Origin: Octopus vulgaris
Lineage: Eukaryota
Length of the DNA: 64,000 nt
Direction: 5' to 3'
NCBI GenBank assembly: GCA_951406725.2
Contig: OX597827.1
Span: 48,980,001 to 49,044,000, forward strand
Shown: positions 1-12,439 of the stretch, piece by piece
Position numbering within the stretch: position 1 is the first letter of the stretch
Layout: the number at the start of each line of letters is the position of its first letter
Translations under genes and position numbers: made by a program
Notes under the pieces: generated by a model
The model's database searches: none
The model's input: the letters and a program-made list of their open reading frames with translations, nothing else
What the model was told of the DNA's origin: nothing

Positions 1-792
1 TCATAACAAATAAAAGAGCTACAAAAGATTGCTGAAGATATTTCGTTCCCCCAACCCACCACTTGTACACTGTTATATTTTGATTATGCTCCCTTAAAAT
101 GTTATTTACAATAACACCTGACAAATAACAAACAAGGAAAAGGAAGACGTATTAAAGGGTCCACGGGGAACATGTAAATACTAAACAAACTAACTTGAAA
201 CCATCGCTATTCTACACATTGAAAAACGTGATAAATAATATAAACAGGAAACTGAATCAATGGAATACAACGAAGGACTTGTGAGGAACGTCGTAAAGCG
301 ACCTTAATGAGATCACGCTATGGAATTTTATCCAAACTTTGTGAGAACGAGAAAATGGTGGTTTTTCAAAATACAAGCTGTCGATACAATGCTCCAATTC
401 ATATTGGTTGCGTGGATTAAAATATAATTAGATGTTACAGTGGAATCCCGAAGGAAAGAAACAACATTTGCAAGTGTTGCACGTATAATATTGAGCCCCC
501 TTAGACGCTTCTATGAGGTCATACAACCTACTAGAAATATGAGAATTTTCAAAATCTCCTTCACATAATGCCCCAATATAAAAACGGAGGTGTTAATGTA
601 ATGGTATGCTGTTTGGGTACAAGGTCTGTAATATGGAGAGTAGTGTGTTGGTCAATATCATCGAATCTGGAGGTATTAAATATGAATTTGACATTAATGG
701 AATTTGAACTCTGAGCTTAAAGAGCGAAAGTAGCAAAACATTGTTTTTTCGGCGTCCTAACGATTCTGCCAATCCACCATCCAGGAAACTAA

Positions 793-1377
793 GGCGGCGA
801 GCTGGCAGAAACGTTAGCACGCCGGGTGAAATGCTTTGCGGTATTTCGTCTGCAGCTACGTTCTGAGTTCAAATTCCGCCGAGGTCAACTTTGCCTTTCA
901 TCCTTTCGGGGTCGATTAAATAAGTACCAGTTACTCACTAGGGTCGATATAATCGACTTAATCCGTTTGTCTGTCCTTGTTTGTCCTCTCTGTATTTAGC
1001 CCCTTGTGGGTAGTAAAGAAATAGGTATTTCGCCTGCCGTTACGTTCTGAGTTCAAATTCCGCCGAGGTCGACTTTGCCTTTCATCCTTTCGGGGTCGAT
1101 AAATCAAGTACCAGTTACGCAGTGGTGTCGATATAATCGACTTAATCCGTTAGTCTGTCCTTGTTTGTCTTTTCTTTGTTTAGCCCCTTGTGGGCAATAA
1201 AGAAATAGGTACTTCGTCTGCCGTTACGTTCTGAGTTCAAATTCCACCGAGGTCGACTTTGCCTTTCATCCTTTCGGGGTCGATAAAATAAGTACCAGTT
1301 GAACACTGGGGTCGATCTAATCGACTGTCCCTCTCCCCATCTCCCAAATGTCTGGCCTTGTACCTAGAATAGAATAG
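793..1377 (+). mobile_element. tRNA-headed SINE family A, head-to-tail trimer with ~20-bp target-site duplication
   Basis: Head GGCGGCGAGCTGGCAGAAACGTTAGC, B-box-like GAGTTCAAATTC and core GCCTTTCATCCTTTCGGGGTCGAT. 184-bp units start at 840, 1024 and 1208. Flanks 771-790 AATCCACCATCCAGGAAACT and 1378-1397 AATCCACTATCCATGAAACT differ at 2 positions. Confidence 0.9.
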
Positions 1378-2221
1378 AATCCACTATCCATGAAACTTCG
1401 GATAGTAATGTTAAATATTACACACTGTCTAATTGAGGAACGCTGGTCGTATTTGAAATGTCTTTGAACATAAGTCTATCTCATAACAGCGGATTCGGAG
1501 ATAAATAACAACAGCAAGAACAATAACTTCCACATCATCAACAACAACCATATGTATGTGTGTGTGTGTGTGTGTGTGTACTAAACAGCCATGTTATAAG
1601 CCAGCAGACACTATGAGCATAAAGAGTCACATGAGAGATATGGAAATGACAAAAAAAAATACCGTTGTATCACAGTGAACAAAGGAACGAAAATACAAAT
1701 ATATTGACAATAGTGTATTGCTTAATAATGATTTCTAACATAGACACAAAACTGCAAATTACAGGGGAAAGAGCAATTGATCACATAAGCTGAAGTTTTG
1801 GAATTGTATTTATTTATTGTTTGCGAAACGATGAAATGGAATTTGACCTCTGCAGGTTTTTAAATGGAAACGTTGAGCGGCGTGAATATTTTCAAGCAAA
1901 TAATCTGTCGCTCACTAGAAATAATTCTTTTTCTTTCTAATTTTCGATTAAATACAGCACTTTTGAAGGGAAGAGAAAGTTAATTACATCGACCCCAGCA
2001 CTTGACTGGTACTTTATTTTAGCTTACTCGAAAGGTTAAAAAGCAATGTTAATATCGGCGGGATTTTAAAGACACAATGTAAACAGTCGAAACAAATAGC
2101 GCAATGCATTTTTTTTCTTTCGCCAAACGCTGAAAATAAATTTAGAGAGTGTCAGAAGGTAGTGACACAGAGAGTTAAAGACAGATACAGACTTAAATTG
2201 ATATATATACACACACAAATA

Positions 2222-2818
2222 CGGTGAGCTGGCAGAAACGTTAGCACGCCGGGAGAAATACGTACCCGTATTTCGTCTGCCGCTACGTTCTGAGTTGAAA
2301 TTCCGCCGAAGTCGAATTTACCTTTCATCCTTTCGGGGTTGATTAAATAAGTACCGGTTACGCACTGGGGTCGATATAATCGACTTAATCCGTTTGTCTG
2401 TCCCTGTTTGTCCTCTCTGTGTTTAGCCCCTTGTGGGTAGTAAAGAAATAGGTATTTCGTCTGCCGTTACATTCTGAGTTCAAATTCCGCCGAAGTCGAA
2501 TTTACCTTTCATCCTTTCGGGGTTGATTAAATAAGTACCGGTTACGCACTGGGGTCGATATAATCGACTTAATCCGTTTGTCTGTCCCTGTTTGTCCTCT
2601 CTGTGTTTAGCCCCTTGTGGGTAGTAAAGAAATAGGTATTTCGTCTGCCACTACGTTCTCAGTTCAAATTCCGCCGAGGTCGACTTTGCCTTTCATCCTT
2701 TCGGGGTCGATAAAATAAGTACCAGTAACAAACTGGGGTCGATGTAATCAACTTAATCCCTTTGTTTATCTTTCTTTGTCCCCGCTATGTTTAGCCCCTT
2801 GTGGGCAATAAAGAAATA
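2222..2818 (+). mobile_element. SINE family A head-to-tail trimer
   Basis: Same SINE; 184-bp units start at 2267, 2451 and 2635, with junction AAAGAAATA/GGTATTTCG. Confidence 0.9.
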
Positions 2819-2967
2819 AGTTAGAAACGACTAAAAAGCTGAAATAATAATAATTGAACATTAAATATACGTTTCCTTTTTAATGTAACCTAGAAATGAT
2901 TTCCTCCTTCTAATGGTAAAATGACCTGAGACAAAACACGTATTCAACACACTTACAAATTTCAAAC

Positions 2968-3165
2968 AGGCAACTGGCAGAATCGCTAGCACGCCGGGGT
3001 AAATGCTACCCAGCATTTTATCTTTCTTTTATGTGTTGAGTTCAAATTCCACCGATGCTATCTTTACCTTTCATCCCCTCGCAGTCGATAAAATAAGTAC
3101 CAGTTGAGTACGATGAGATCAACAACCCACTCTCCACGCAGTCGCGTGGCTTGTACTAACATTTG
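2968..3165 (+). mobile_element. Degenerate SINE family A copy
   Basis: CTGGCAGAATCGCTAGCACGCCGGG head and GTCGATAAAATAAGTACCAGTTGAG core. Confidence 0.75.
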
Positions 3166-3295
3166 AGAGCATTATACTTGTAAAGTTACCCGTTATATAA
3201 CGGATAACACTCCACTATATACATGTGTATGCATAAACATATATACATACACATACATTCGCATACACTCATACACAGGCACGTACACATCACAT

Positions 3296-3327
<32 letters not shown>

Positions 3328-3819
3328 TATATATACTAAGCATGAAATGTGATAAGAAAGAAATGCCTGGCTGGTGATGCATGAAATGTATTTGATTGAT
3401 CTAGATGTGCACCATTAATGCCAACTTTGATCTAAAGAACAGCAACAACAACAGCAATAATTAGAAACAAATGGTTCTTATTTTATGTCTTCCTCATCTT
3501 GATGTTGCTTAAAGTACATTGTTTAAGATAACATGTAACGCCGGCCAACACCAAGGAAATATTAACGGAACACGTGATGCTAGACAAATCAATTTGCTAC
3601 CATCCCTATACTTATATATTGAAAAGGTGATTAATACTAAAAACTGCAATCGGATCAATAGAATCCTATGAAGCTTTTGTAAGGAAGGTCTTAGCTTGTT
3701 CTTAATGGGATCACGCTACAAAATATAGCTGCGATCCAGTGAATGAGAAAACGAATTTCTTACAAAAGATTAATAGCCATCAAAAAGACCCACGTTCGTA
3801 TTAGTGAGTGAGTGAGTGA

Positions 3820-4122
3820 TTGTAGTCTTTTGTAGTCCGAGAAAGAAGATTCTGCAGCTTCTAGCTGAACAACCTGCACATAGGATTGTTTATAGTGATC
3901 AAATGTATGTGCTGCATATTAGCTCACTCCCTCGAGCCATCAGACCATTATTGCATGGACAGGTGCGCCGTACGCCACATGTCAGGTGTTCAAGTGATTG
4001 TATTGTAAATCAATGTGAGATGAAGTGGTTTGCTCAAGAACATTATGCACCATCCAGTACAGGAATCGAAACTACAATCTCGATATTGGGAGTGCAAAAA
4101 CCTTAAGCTCTGGGCCATGCAC
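3820..4122 (-). mobile_element. Degenerate tRNA-headed SINE
   Basis: Minus strand shows a GCATGGCCCAGAG...GTTTCGATTCCTG head and the TGTTCTTGAGCAAA motif shared with 4975-5225 and 30121. Confidence 0.6.
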
Positions 4123-4974
4123 TCCCGTTCTTATTACAAACAAGCATAAAAAATGCTACGGGCGAAACACGAATCCAACAAAATAACATTAACGCGTGTT
4201 AGACTAAGAAGAATCTACGAAGTCATTGTTAGAAATAACAGCCAAATCTCTTTTACATTATACATTATCTCCTAAAACATGAGGTCTGGACATGAAATTC
4301 ATGCTACATTATGTTTGAATTAAAACGACGTATTGTTACAGAAAGAAAAGATTGTTAATTGACATATTTTGTGTTATATTAATTTGGAGTATTTTGTGTT
4401 GTATTAACTGCCAAAGTTTTTAATTCATACTTTTTGGCTTTGTTAGGTGTCTCAGGAGGCAAAAAAAATATATAGTATTTAAATTTTCTTCATATGCGAA
4501 TTATTTTGGAAATTATGATAAATTTTTCGGAAAGTCCGATATGGGAATCACTCAAAAAAGAAATTAGCATATCTATCTTTTTCTGTACAATTGCAATTAT
4601 AAACGTTTTAGTTTTTTCTTTAAACGTAATACGCCAACAGGTCATAGAATGCGAATGTGTATGAAATATGAATGAATGATACAGATGGGAAATGCAAAAA
4701 AAAAAAGAAAAAATAATAATGAAAGTTTTTAAAATAGTCGATATTTTTGTAGTTCAAAAATTGCGATTTATGACATAAAACGTCCTCTATAATTAGCCAG
4801 AGCTAATAATGACAAACTTTAATTTTACTAAATATTGTTAAATACGCCTCTGCTAATGCAATGTACATAAGTAATTCACTTTAAATACAACGAACAACCG
4901 GCGGTGAGACTGTCTTTAGCAGATCCCCAAATGAGACTCATTGCAGACATTGGGTTAATTAGTGTGAAAATTCG

Positions 4975-5225
4975 TGGCCTTGTGGTTAGGTCAATGCACT
5001 CACGCTCGCTAAATCATGGTTTCGATTCTTGGACCGGTTGGCGTTTTGCGTTCTTGAGCAAAATAATTTATTTCACGTTGTTCCAGTCCATTCAGCTGTA
5101 AATGGATAACCTTGTGACAAAATAGTCTTCTGGTCAGGTAGAAAGTTGGCCTACTGATCTAGCAAGCGACTTGGTGATGTATAACGACATTCAATAGTCT
5201 GGGCGGTATGGCGTGTGCCGTGATA
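4975..5225 (+). mobile_element. Degenerate tRNA-headed SINE
   Basis: TGGCCTTGTGGTTAGG...GGTTTCGATTCTTGGACCGG...TTCTTGAGCAAAA; the tail resembles 47460-47580. Confidence 0.65.
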
Positions 5226-5783
5226 TTAATTCTTAAAGGTTTGTTTTATACAAATCATACGGCCTATGTGTGGAGTTATTGTTCAGTCGCAGTTCAGGTC
5301 CGATGAAGTAGACAAATAACGAAAGACAGATCAACTGTGACCAACCATCTTTTTATTTAAGCAAAATGAATCATGAATTTACATTACACAACGCTTCCCT
5401 TTTTCGGACGGAGATTAATTGTAAGGAGATTTGGCTACTATTACAAGCAGGTCGAGAAACCAAGTAGCTACTATCCAATTTAAGAATTGTGTCTGTCGTT
5501 CGCTCATTCGTTTATTCTTTTGTCGTTCCACTGTAGTGTTGATCTGCATTATGAAGTTACACTGCTCATAGGATTCCTTGGTTGATGATTAATCTTTTGA
5601 AAACATTCCATTTCTCCTCACTGGGATATTAAATAGGCTTCGCAGCGTGATTCCAATGAACTCATATTACGACATTCTTGACGAACACTTCATAGCATTC
5701 TTACATTTCTAGCATGATAGCATTTATCATTTGTAGTATTAATCACGTTCTCGATAAATAATTAACAATAGAAATAATAACAA

Positions 5784-5814
<31 letters not shown>

Positions 5815-5829
5815 TATAATAACAGTATC

Positions 5830-6280
5830 AAATTTTCTCACAAAGCCTGCAGTTTCTGGGGAGGGGGTTGGTCGATTAAATCAAACACTGAGCGCAACGG
5901 CGACTTATTATATCGAAACCCAAAGGATGAATGACAAAGACGAACTCCACGAAATTTGAACTCAGAACATAAAAGCGGAGGAAATACCGCTAAGCACTTC
6001 GTCCGGCGTGCTAACGAATCTGCCAGCTTGTCACGCTAACATCAAAAAGATTAACAATAATAATGATGGTTTCGAATTTTCGCACAAGGCCAGCAATTTT
6101 GCGGGAGGGCACAAGTCGATTACATCAACCCCAGTGTTCAACAAGTATTTATTTTATCGACGCCGAAAGGATGAAATGCAAGGTCGACTCTAGTGTCATC
6201 TCATCTCAGAACTTAACGTCCGAAGAAATGCCACGAAGCATTTTTTCCGGTGTGCTAACGATTCTGCCAGCTCATCGCCT
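5830..6280 (-). mobile_element. Two adjacent degenerate SINE family A copies
   Basis: Reverse-complement core motifs (GAAATTTGAACTCAGAAC, CGAAAGGATGAAATGCAAGGTCGAC, GTGCTAACGATTCTGCCAGCTC) occur twice. Confidence 0.75.
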
Positions 6281-6327
6281 TATTAACAACAACAACAACA
6301 ATAATAGTAATAATAATAATAATAATA

Positions 6328-6875
6328 AATGCCCTGATGCAGCACCAGGCAGTGGCTCTCGTGGCTTCTGATCTTAACTGATTGAAAGTGTTATCATGTA
6401 CATTGTTTTGTCTTGGTATAAAAGATAGGCTACAGCAAATATTCCTCTCAATGCTTGTCAGTTGTTTGACCTTAACCAGTTGAGCATGTCCCCTAGTGAC
6501 TGACGATATGTGCATCTCTGATCACGAGCAGAAGTAGTGGGGGAGCATCATAGCCATGTGTTGAGAGGAAATCTTTGGGGTTTTGATAATTCACCTTTGG
6601 AAACATGGGTGTTTCGTTCAAGATCGTTAAACAACCCTTATTCAGGGACCTTTAGAGCGGGTGGGCTACTCGACCAGAGGAAAATTCTAACCGGGCCCCA
6701 CCTGCAAGGTCATGTGCTGTTTATCTTGATATGAGATCACCATGTCGCGCACATACGGTTGTGATGCATGTGCTTGGTGTACCCTTATCAGACAGGTAGT
6801 CATGATAGGTATACTGGGCTTCGTATATTTTACCCCAGTGTCACTTTGATGGTATGCACAGCTCTCTCACTCATT
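6328..6875 (+). mobile_element. ~550-bp interspersed repeat between (AAT)n tracts; probable LINE 3' region
   Basis: Homologous copy on the minus strand at 62095-62570; bounded by (AAT)n on both sides. Confidence 0.7.
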
Positions 6876-7345
6876 AATAATAAAGATAATAATAATAATA
6901 ATAATAATAACCGCAATAACAACAACAACAACGTTAGAAATTTATATATCATATATCGCTTGTCGGTACAACCTAGTGATTAGCGCTACTTTGCAGTATC
7001 CTGTCATTACTTTTTTTCGGATTTTCTTCTTGCTGTTACACATCCTATTCACTGGTTATTAAGAGTGATATATGTTCTGTTCTGTTTCATTAGATTTTAA
7101 TATCTTATTCATCCAATACATAATCAAACTACATTTGATTTTTGTACGCTACAATACGTGTGATACTTGTATCTTTACTGGCATTTAACGCCATTGCTTC
7201 ATTTCCGGGCAATTTGATTTTCTAGTGGTAAATGACTTATTCTAGTCGTCTAAAGGAGTTATCATTAGTAACGTTTGTTTACATGTAGGTCTTTTTCAAT
7301 GTAACCTTCATTAATGGTTGATCATTATATATAAATAATATAAGA

Positions 7346-7376
<31 letters not shown>

Positions 7377-7419
7377 ATGTATATATATATATATACGTAT
7401 ATATATATATAATATAAGA

Positions 7420-7449
<30 letters not shown>

Positions 7450-7459
<10 letters not shown>

Positions 7460-8482
7460 CTGAGAATGTGTGTCTGTATGTCTATCTGTCTGTGTGTTTC
7501 CCTAAAACTTGAGAACTACACAACCAATTTCATTCAAATTTTACACATGCCTTACTTAGGGCCCGGGGAGTGTCATGGGCAAAAAGAATGTTCGACTTCT
7601 TGTCCAGAGCGAGCCCATAGCAATATCATATCTTCTCCACTATTTCTCCACTATTGTTAAAAGTGAAACAAAAACGTTTCTCTATTTTATGACAGATACT
7701 TTCACTTTAACAATAAAAATAATAATGACAATTGAATTATATGTAGTAAGTAATAATTAAAATCAAACTAAAGTATAATATAATCGTAACATAACAAAAG
7801 TAAAAATAGCAATTGGTATAAAATTGCATCAATGACTTGAACTTGAATAAGTGGTTTCACATGAATGGGAATAAATTAAAAATAAAATTAGCGTGCAGAA
7901 ATGAAATAGACCAGATGGATAATAAAAAATTAAATTAAAGAAAAGACTATTGTCTATAAAGTATACAACGTAGAGAAAAAAGAAGATTTGAACAAGTGGA
8001 GGAAAGCACCTTCGAAAAGTGTCTTGGCGCGACTATGAAAGGTATCTAATCAGAGGCGGTAAATTCGCCACAATAGAAGCAAGGTTCGAGTCAACGGAGC
8101 GTGCAAGGGAGTACTCGACTCGAACTTCCAAAGTGGAAATATTTAATCTTTACCCTTATATCTGGGACGTAGGACGTCCCGGAAAAAAATTTAAAATGTC
8201 CCATCCCCCAGAAGTAGAGGTAGGCTGGATTGTAGCCACACTTCTATACAAGAGGGAGGACAAGATACAATTTATCGAAATTACAAGAGACGGGCTTACA
8301 ATTCCAGTCTGTTATATATTTTGAGTATTGTTATCACTTGCGATATCAAGATATAACTTTGTATTTTGTATTTTATGTGTATATGTATATATATAGATGT
8401 ACATGTAATATGTACACATATATATACACATATATACATGCACTAGCACTATGACCCGGGAACGACGGATCTTTAATGCTAG
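7450..8482 (+). mobile_element. Non-autonomous Helitron (degenerate) containing a LINE ORF1-like fragment
   Basis: 5' part TATATAAAA..TGTGTGTCTGT..CCAATTTCATTCAAATTTTACAC has the same layout as the Helitron at 23772. 3' imperfect hairpin GACCCGGGAACGACGGATC is followed by GCTAG|T at 8479-8483. Confidence 0.55.
7900..8310 (+). pseudogene. Disrupted coding relic, probably L1/Tx1-type ORF1
   Basis: Purine-rich, non-repetitive peptide YLIRGGKFATIEARFES...PPEVEVGWIVATLL with frameshifts. The family assignment is from recollection and is not verified. Confidence 0.4.
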
Positions 8483-8950
8483 TATATATATATAAATATA
8501 CATATAATACATATATATATATACATATATACATTTAAATATACATATACATATATATACACATATATACACATATACATAATATATATAAAACGTATAT
8601 ACATATATATACATATACAATACATATATTTCTATATATACATATATTTCTATATATAATATATATATGTATATATATATATATATATACATATATGTAT
8701 AAGATGTATTGGTATCTAGAAGACCCAAAGAGTGGCAGGTAACGCTAAATGAGTGCGATGGGCAGACCGTAGTTAAACTCTTGGTTCGATAGTGATACGA
8801 GTTAGGAGTCTAATGTGGGTCTTGTATTAGTATTCATATATATATGAATTTTGTCTAAGATATATATATACACACTCACACTTACATCCACAAACACACG
8901 AACTCACACGAACACACACATACATATATGTATATATATATATATATACA

Positions 8951-8986
<36 letters not shown>

Positions 8987-9062
8987 TATATATAGATATA
9001 TATACATACATACATACATACATACATATATGTATATATATATATATATATTTTATAGAAGG

Positions 9063-9113
9063 AGCTTCTAGAGGACTAGAACTGTTTCATTCAGATGAAA
9101 TCTTCAGAAAGCT
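9063..9113 (-). ncRNA. Type I hammerhead ribozyme motif
   Basis: AGCUUU-CUGAAGA-UUUCAUCUGAAU-GAAA-CAG uucuaguc CUC-UA-GAAGCU; intact core, one stem III mismatch. Confidence 0.7.
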
Positions 9114-9200
9114 GGCTGTCAAAATAAGGTCTGGTATTTATACATTTAGGCAGATTAAATCTGCCTAAATGCATAAATACCAGACCTTATTTTGACAGCC

Positions 9201-9251
9201 AGCTTCCTGAAGCTTTCATCTGAATGAAACAGTTCTAGTCCTGTAGAAGCT
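9201..9251 (+). ncRNA. Type I hammerhead ribozyme motif (A9C core change)
   Basis: AGCUUC-CUGAAGC-UUUCAUCUGAAU-GAAA-CAG uucuaguc CUG-UA-GAAGCU; perfect stems I and III, GUA site. Confidence 0.7.
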
Positions 9252-9333
9252 CCTTCTATAAAATAAATTACTTTACTCTGCTATGTATTGAGTACCTTAT
9301 TTACTGTGGTTAACCCCGACTCAACCCGGGACC

Positions 9334-9374
<41 letters not shown>

Positions 9375-10699
9375 TTCAACCATGTGTACTGGACCTTATG
9401 AGCAGTATAGTGTCCAATATGTAATGGGTTATGTAAACTATGGATATTTCAATTGCAATCCTTGTAAGATGAGTATGAGTTTGTGATTGTGCTTGTTTGT
9501 GTGTGTACACGAACACGTTTGTGTGTGTGTTTGGGTGGCCGCGCACATATGCATTTGCATGGGCAAAGGAGAGCCTGAGTAATCGGTTTCCCGCTATTTC
9601 TTCTATTCAATACGAAGAATTACGTCGCAGTTACTTTAAAACTCAATCAGTTTTCCGTCCCAAATTTCCCTGTCAAAGACTCAAGAAACAACGATGCCAG
9701 GAATAATCAATCTTAGTTTCTTCTTGTATAAACTTAAAGATAAAATCAACAACTAAAAACATCGATTTATTGCCTGCATTTTGCTTTCAGTCGCGGTAAG
9801 TCAATCGATAGCAAGATTCTACAAAGATTTTGGAAGAATGCATTATCAAAAGCAACTTGCTTCTACTTCCATTCAGAAAGCAATTTCTCATTCAATCTTT
9901 CTTAATTGTTATATTTACGAAAATACCGTCTCAATTGTTAGATTTAACCCATCATATCATATTGCAGTTATCGATTTTTTTTACGGTGCATACATTATCG
10001 ATTAAACACAGAGTTTTCATACACAAAAACTTTATATACCCACATTGAAGTAAAACTGATCCATAGACGATTAAATCACAAGCCACTCCAGTAGATGTCT
10101 GGTATTTATTTTATCAATTCTATTCATGAAAATCAAAATAACTTTTGTAGACTTCGAAAGCAGAAATTAGAATTTCTTAAATAATGTAGTCTATGAGCGT
10201 GAAGATATTTGATTAGAGACATACAAATGGTACCCATGCTGCAATAAATTCAGAACAACTGTGTAATATAATTTTAGAGGCATTATCTCTCTTTCTCTTG
10301 CAGTATTTCAGTTCAGAAATTAAAGATTCTTGACAAAGGTAGTCATTGGACACGGATATATTAGTTCACAGACGAACAATAGAAATAAATACATCATGCT
10401 TTATATTGAGACCCATTGATTAATATACAATTAAAAACATCAGTTTTAGCAGTATTCGAACTCAGAAATTCAAGTTTGTTACCTAAACTCCACAAGATAT
10501 TTTCCCGGTATTACACTGTGTTTAAAATTATGAACATGACATTTTACGGGCAGAAACGACTGAGAAACGACCAAACAAATTATATACTGATGTTTTATTC
10601 TTTTGCTTGGCAATCTGAGTTCAAGACCCGTTGCTGTCGACCCTACCGTTAAGTTTACTTACATTCATGAACTAATCTACGATGTGAAATATTATGTTG

Positions 10700-11020
10700 T
10701 GACTCCTTCGGTCATGAATGACCATGGGATTGCACTTAGGAAGTTACCCTCCGAGGCACACGTCTGGGCAAGGTTGTTTATGGTACACCAGCAGTCGCCC
10801 ACGCATAACAGCCTCCCTTCTCCACGCCACCGATGTTATCCAAGGGAGAGGCAAGGGCCGATACAGCTTGGCACCTGTGATGTCACTACTCATTTCTACA
10901 GCTGACTGAACTGGAGCAACGTGAAATAAAGTGTCTTGCTCAAGAACACAACACAGCCCGGTCCGGGATTCGAGCTCACAACCTCAGGATCGTAAGCTCT
11001 AACCACTGAGCCATGCGCCT
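10700..11020 (-). mobile_element. tRNA-headed SINE family B
   Basis: Reverse complement of the 30121 element: head GGCGCATGGCTCAGTGGTTAGAGC, tail GGTCATTCATGACCGAAGG. An internal fragment is duplicated at 11056-11122. Confidence 0.85.
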
Positions 11021-11127
11021 TCAGTATCCAATATGGGACTACAGTATCTAATATGTCCACGCCACCGATGTTATCCAAGGGAAAGGCAAAGGCCGATACA
11101 GCTTGGCACTAGTGACATCGCATTTCA

Positions 11128-11438
11128 TTTATTAACGTGCAAGTGGCTGAGCACTCCACAGACACGTGTACCCTTAACGTAGTTCTCGGTGAGATTCAGC
11201 GTGACACAGAGTGTGACAAAGCTGGCCCTTTGAAATATAAGTACAACAGAAACAGGAAAAAAGGAGAGAAAGTTGTGGTAAAAGAGTACACCAGGGTTCA
11301 CCTCTACTCCCTGCCGGAGCCTCGTCGAGCTTTAGGTGTTTTCGCTTAATAAATACTCACAATGCGCAGTCTGGGAATCGAAACCGCGATCCTACTACCG
11401 CGAGTCTACTGCCCTAACCACTGGGCCATTACGCCTCC
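11128..11438 (-). mobile_element. tRNA-headed SINE family C
   Basis: Reverse complement of the 40508 element (GGAGGCGTAATGGCCCAGTGGTTAGGGCAG...GGTTTCGATTCCCAGAC). Confidence 0.85.
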
Positions 11439-11654
11439 ACACGATGTGAAATAGGATTTCTTTATTCATGCTCCTTGATGCGTCCTATACAACTTCTTGG
11501 CTTTGTGAGCAATTCATGATCTTTGTTCCAGATATTAAAATTCTATTATACTAATTATACTAATTCTACAACTCCGAATATATATCCAATCTCAACGAAA
11601 CTCTCGTATTCTGAATGGCTTTCTAACTTTCTGCCGATTAGAAATAGCAACGTC

Positions 11655-11668
11655 TATGTGGGTGTGTA

Positions 11669-11705
<37 letters not shown>

Positions 11706-12145
11706 GTGTATCTATCTGTCTGTATTTGTGTGTGTGTGCGCGCGTGTGTGTGAGTGAGTGTGTGTCTGTCTGTCTGTCGGTATCTGTGTGACCTTGTATA
11801 TGCGCGTGTGCGTTAGTATGTGTGTGTCTGTCTGTCTGTCTCTGTCTGTGTGTGTTGTGTAGGTGCGCGTGTACTTGTGTGTGCGCGTGTGTGTACTTGT
11901 GTGTGTACGTGTGTACTTGTGTGTGCGCGTGTTTACTTATGCGAGTGCGTGTGTGTACTTGTGTGTGTTCGCGTGTGTGTACTTGTGTGTGTGCGTGTGT
12001 GTACTTGTGTGTGTGCGTGTGTGTGTGTGTCTGTCTGTGTCTATTTATGCGTGTTTGAGTGAGTGTATGTATGTGTGTTTTCATTTTCTCCTGTTTTTTC
12101 TCACCCTTCTTCCTCTCCCCCCCTCTCTCTCTCTCTCTCTCTCTG
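11655..12145. repeat. Compound (GT)n / (GTGTACTT)-type / (CT)n microsatellite
   Basis: Directly visible. Confidence 0.95.
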
Positions 12146-12439
12146 TATATGCACAGTTTGATGGGTTTCTTTTTTCATTCGTAAATAGTACTTCGCCGTT
12201 TTATTATCGTTGCTACAGTCTAAAAAGATATTTTGATTTTCATGAATAGAATTAATAAAGTATATACCAGACATTTATTGAAGAGGGTGATAATTTAAAT
12301 TTCTATGGATCAGGTTTAATTCAATGTATGAGCACAGTTTGTGACAGACCATGCCTTTATTTTACTGGGCTCAAATATCATTCGCAGCCCCATTTAAAAC
12401 AAATTTCTACCAACTACTTTGCCTATATATATATCTAAG

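Larger units (their letters stand above)
9049..9335. repeat. ~215-bp near-perfect palindrome (centre 9157) of an HHR-bearing repeat plus a unique tail
   Basis: Arms 9049-9156 and 9158-9265 are reverse complements with about 4 mismatches. The tail 9265-9335 recurs inverted at 32015-32090. Bounded by (TA)n. Confidence 0.9.

Noticed and set aside
793-1377. CRISPR-like or tRNA-gene interpretation of the repeated units
   Set aside because: The units are 184-bp SINE bodies without unique spacers; the heads have A/B-box-like motifs but no full cloverleaf.
5296-5345. CCGATGA...GAAA hammerhead-like motif
   Set aside because: No stem II, and the stem III register does not give an A-U pair plus UH site.
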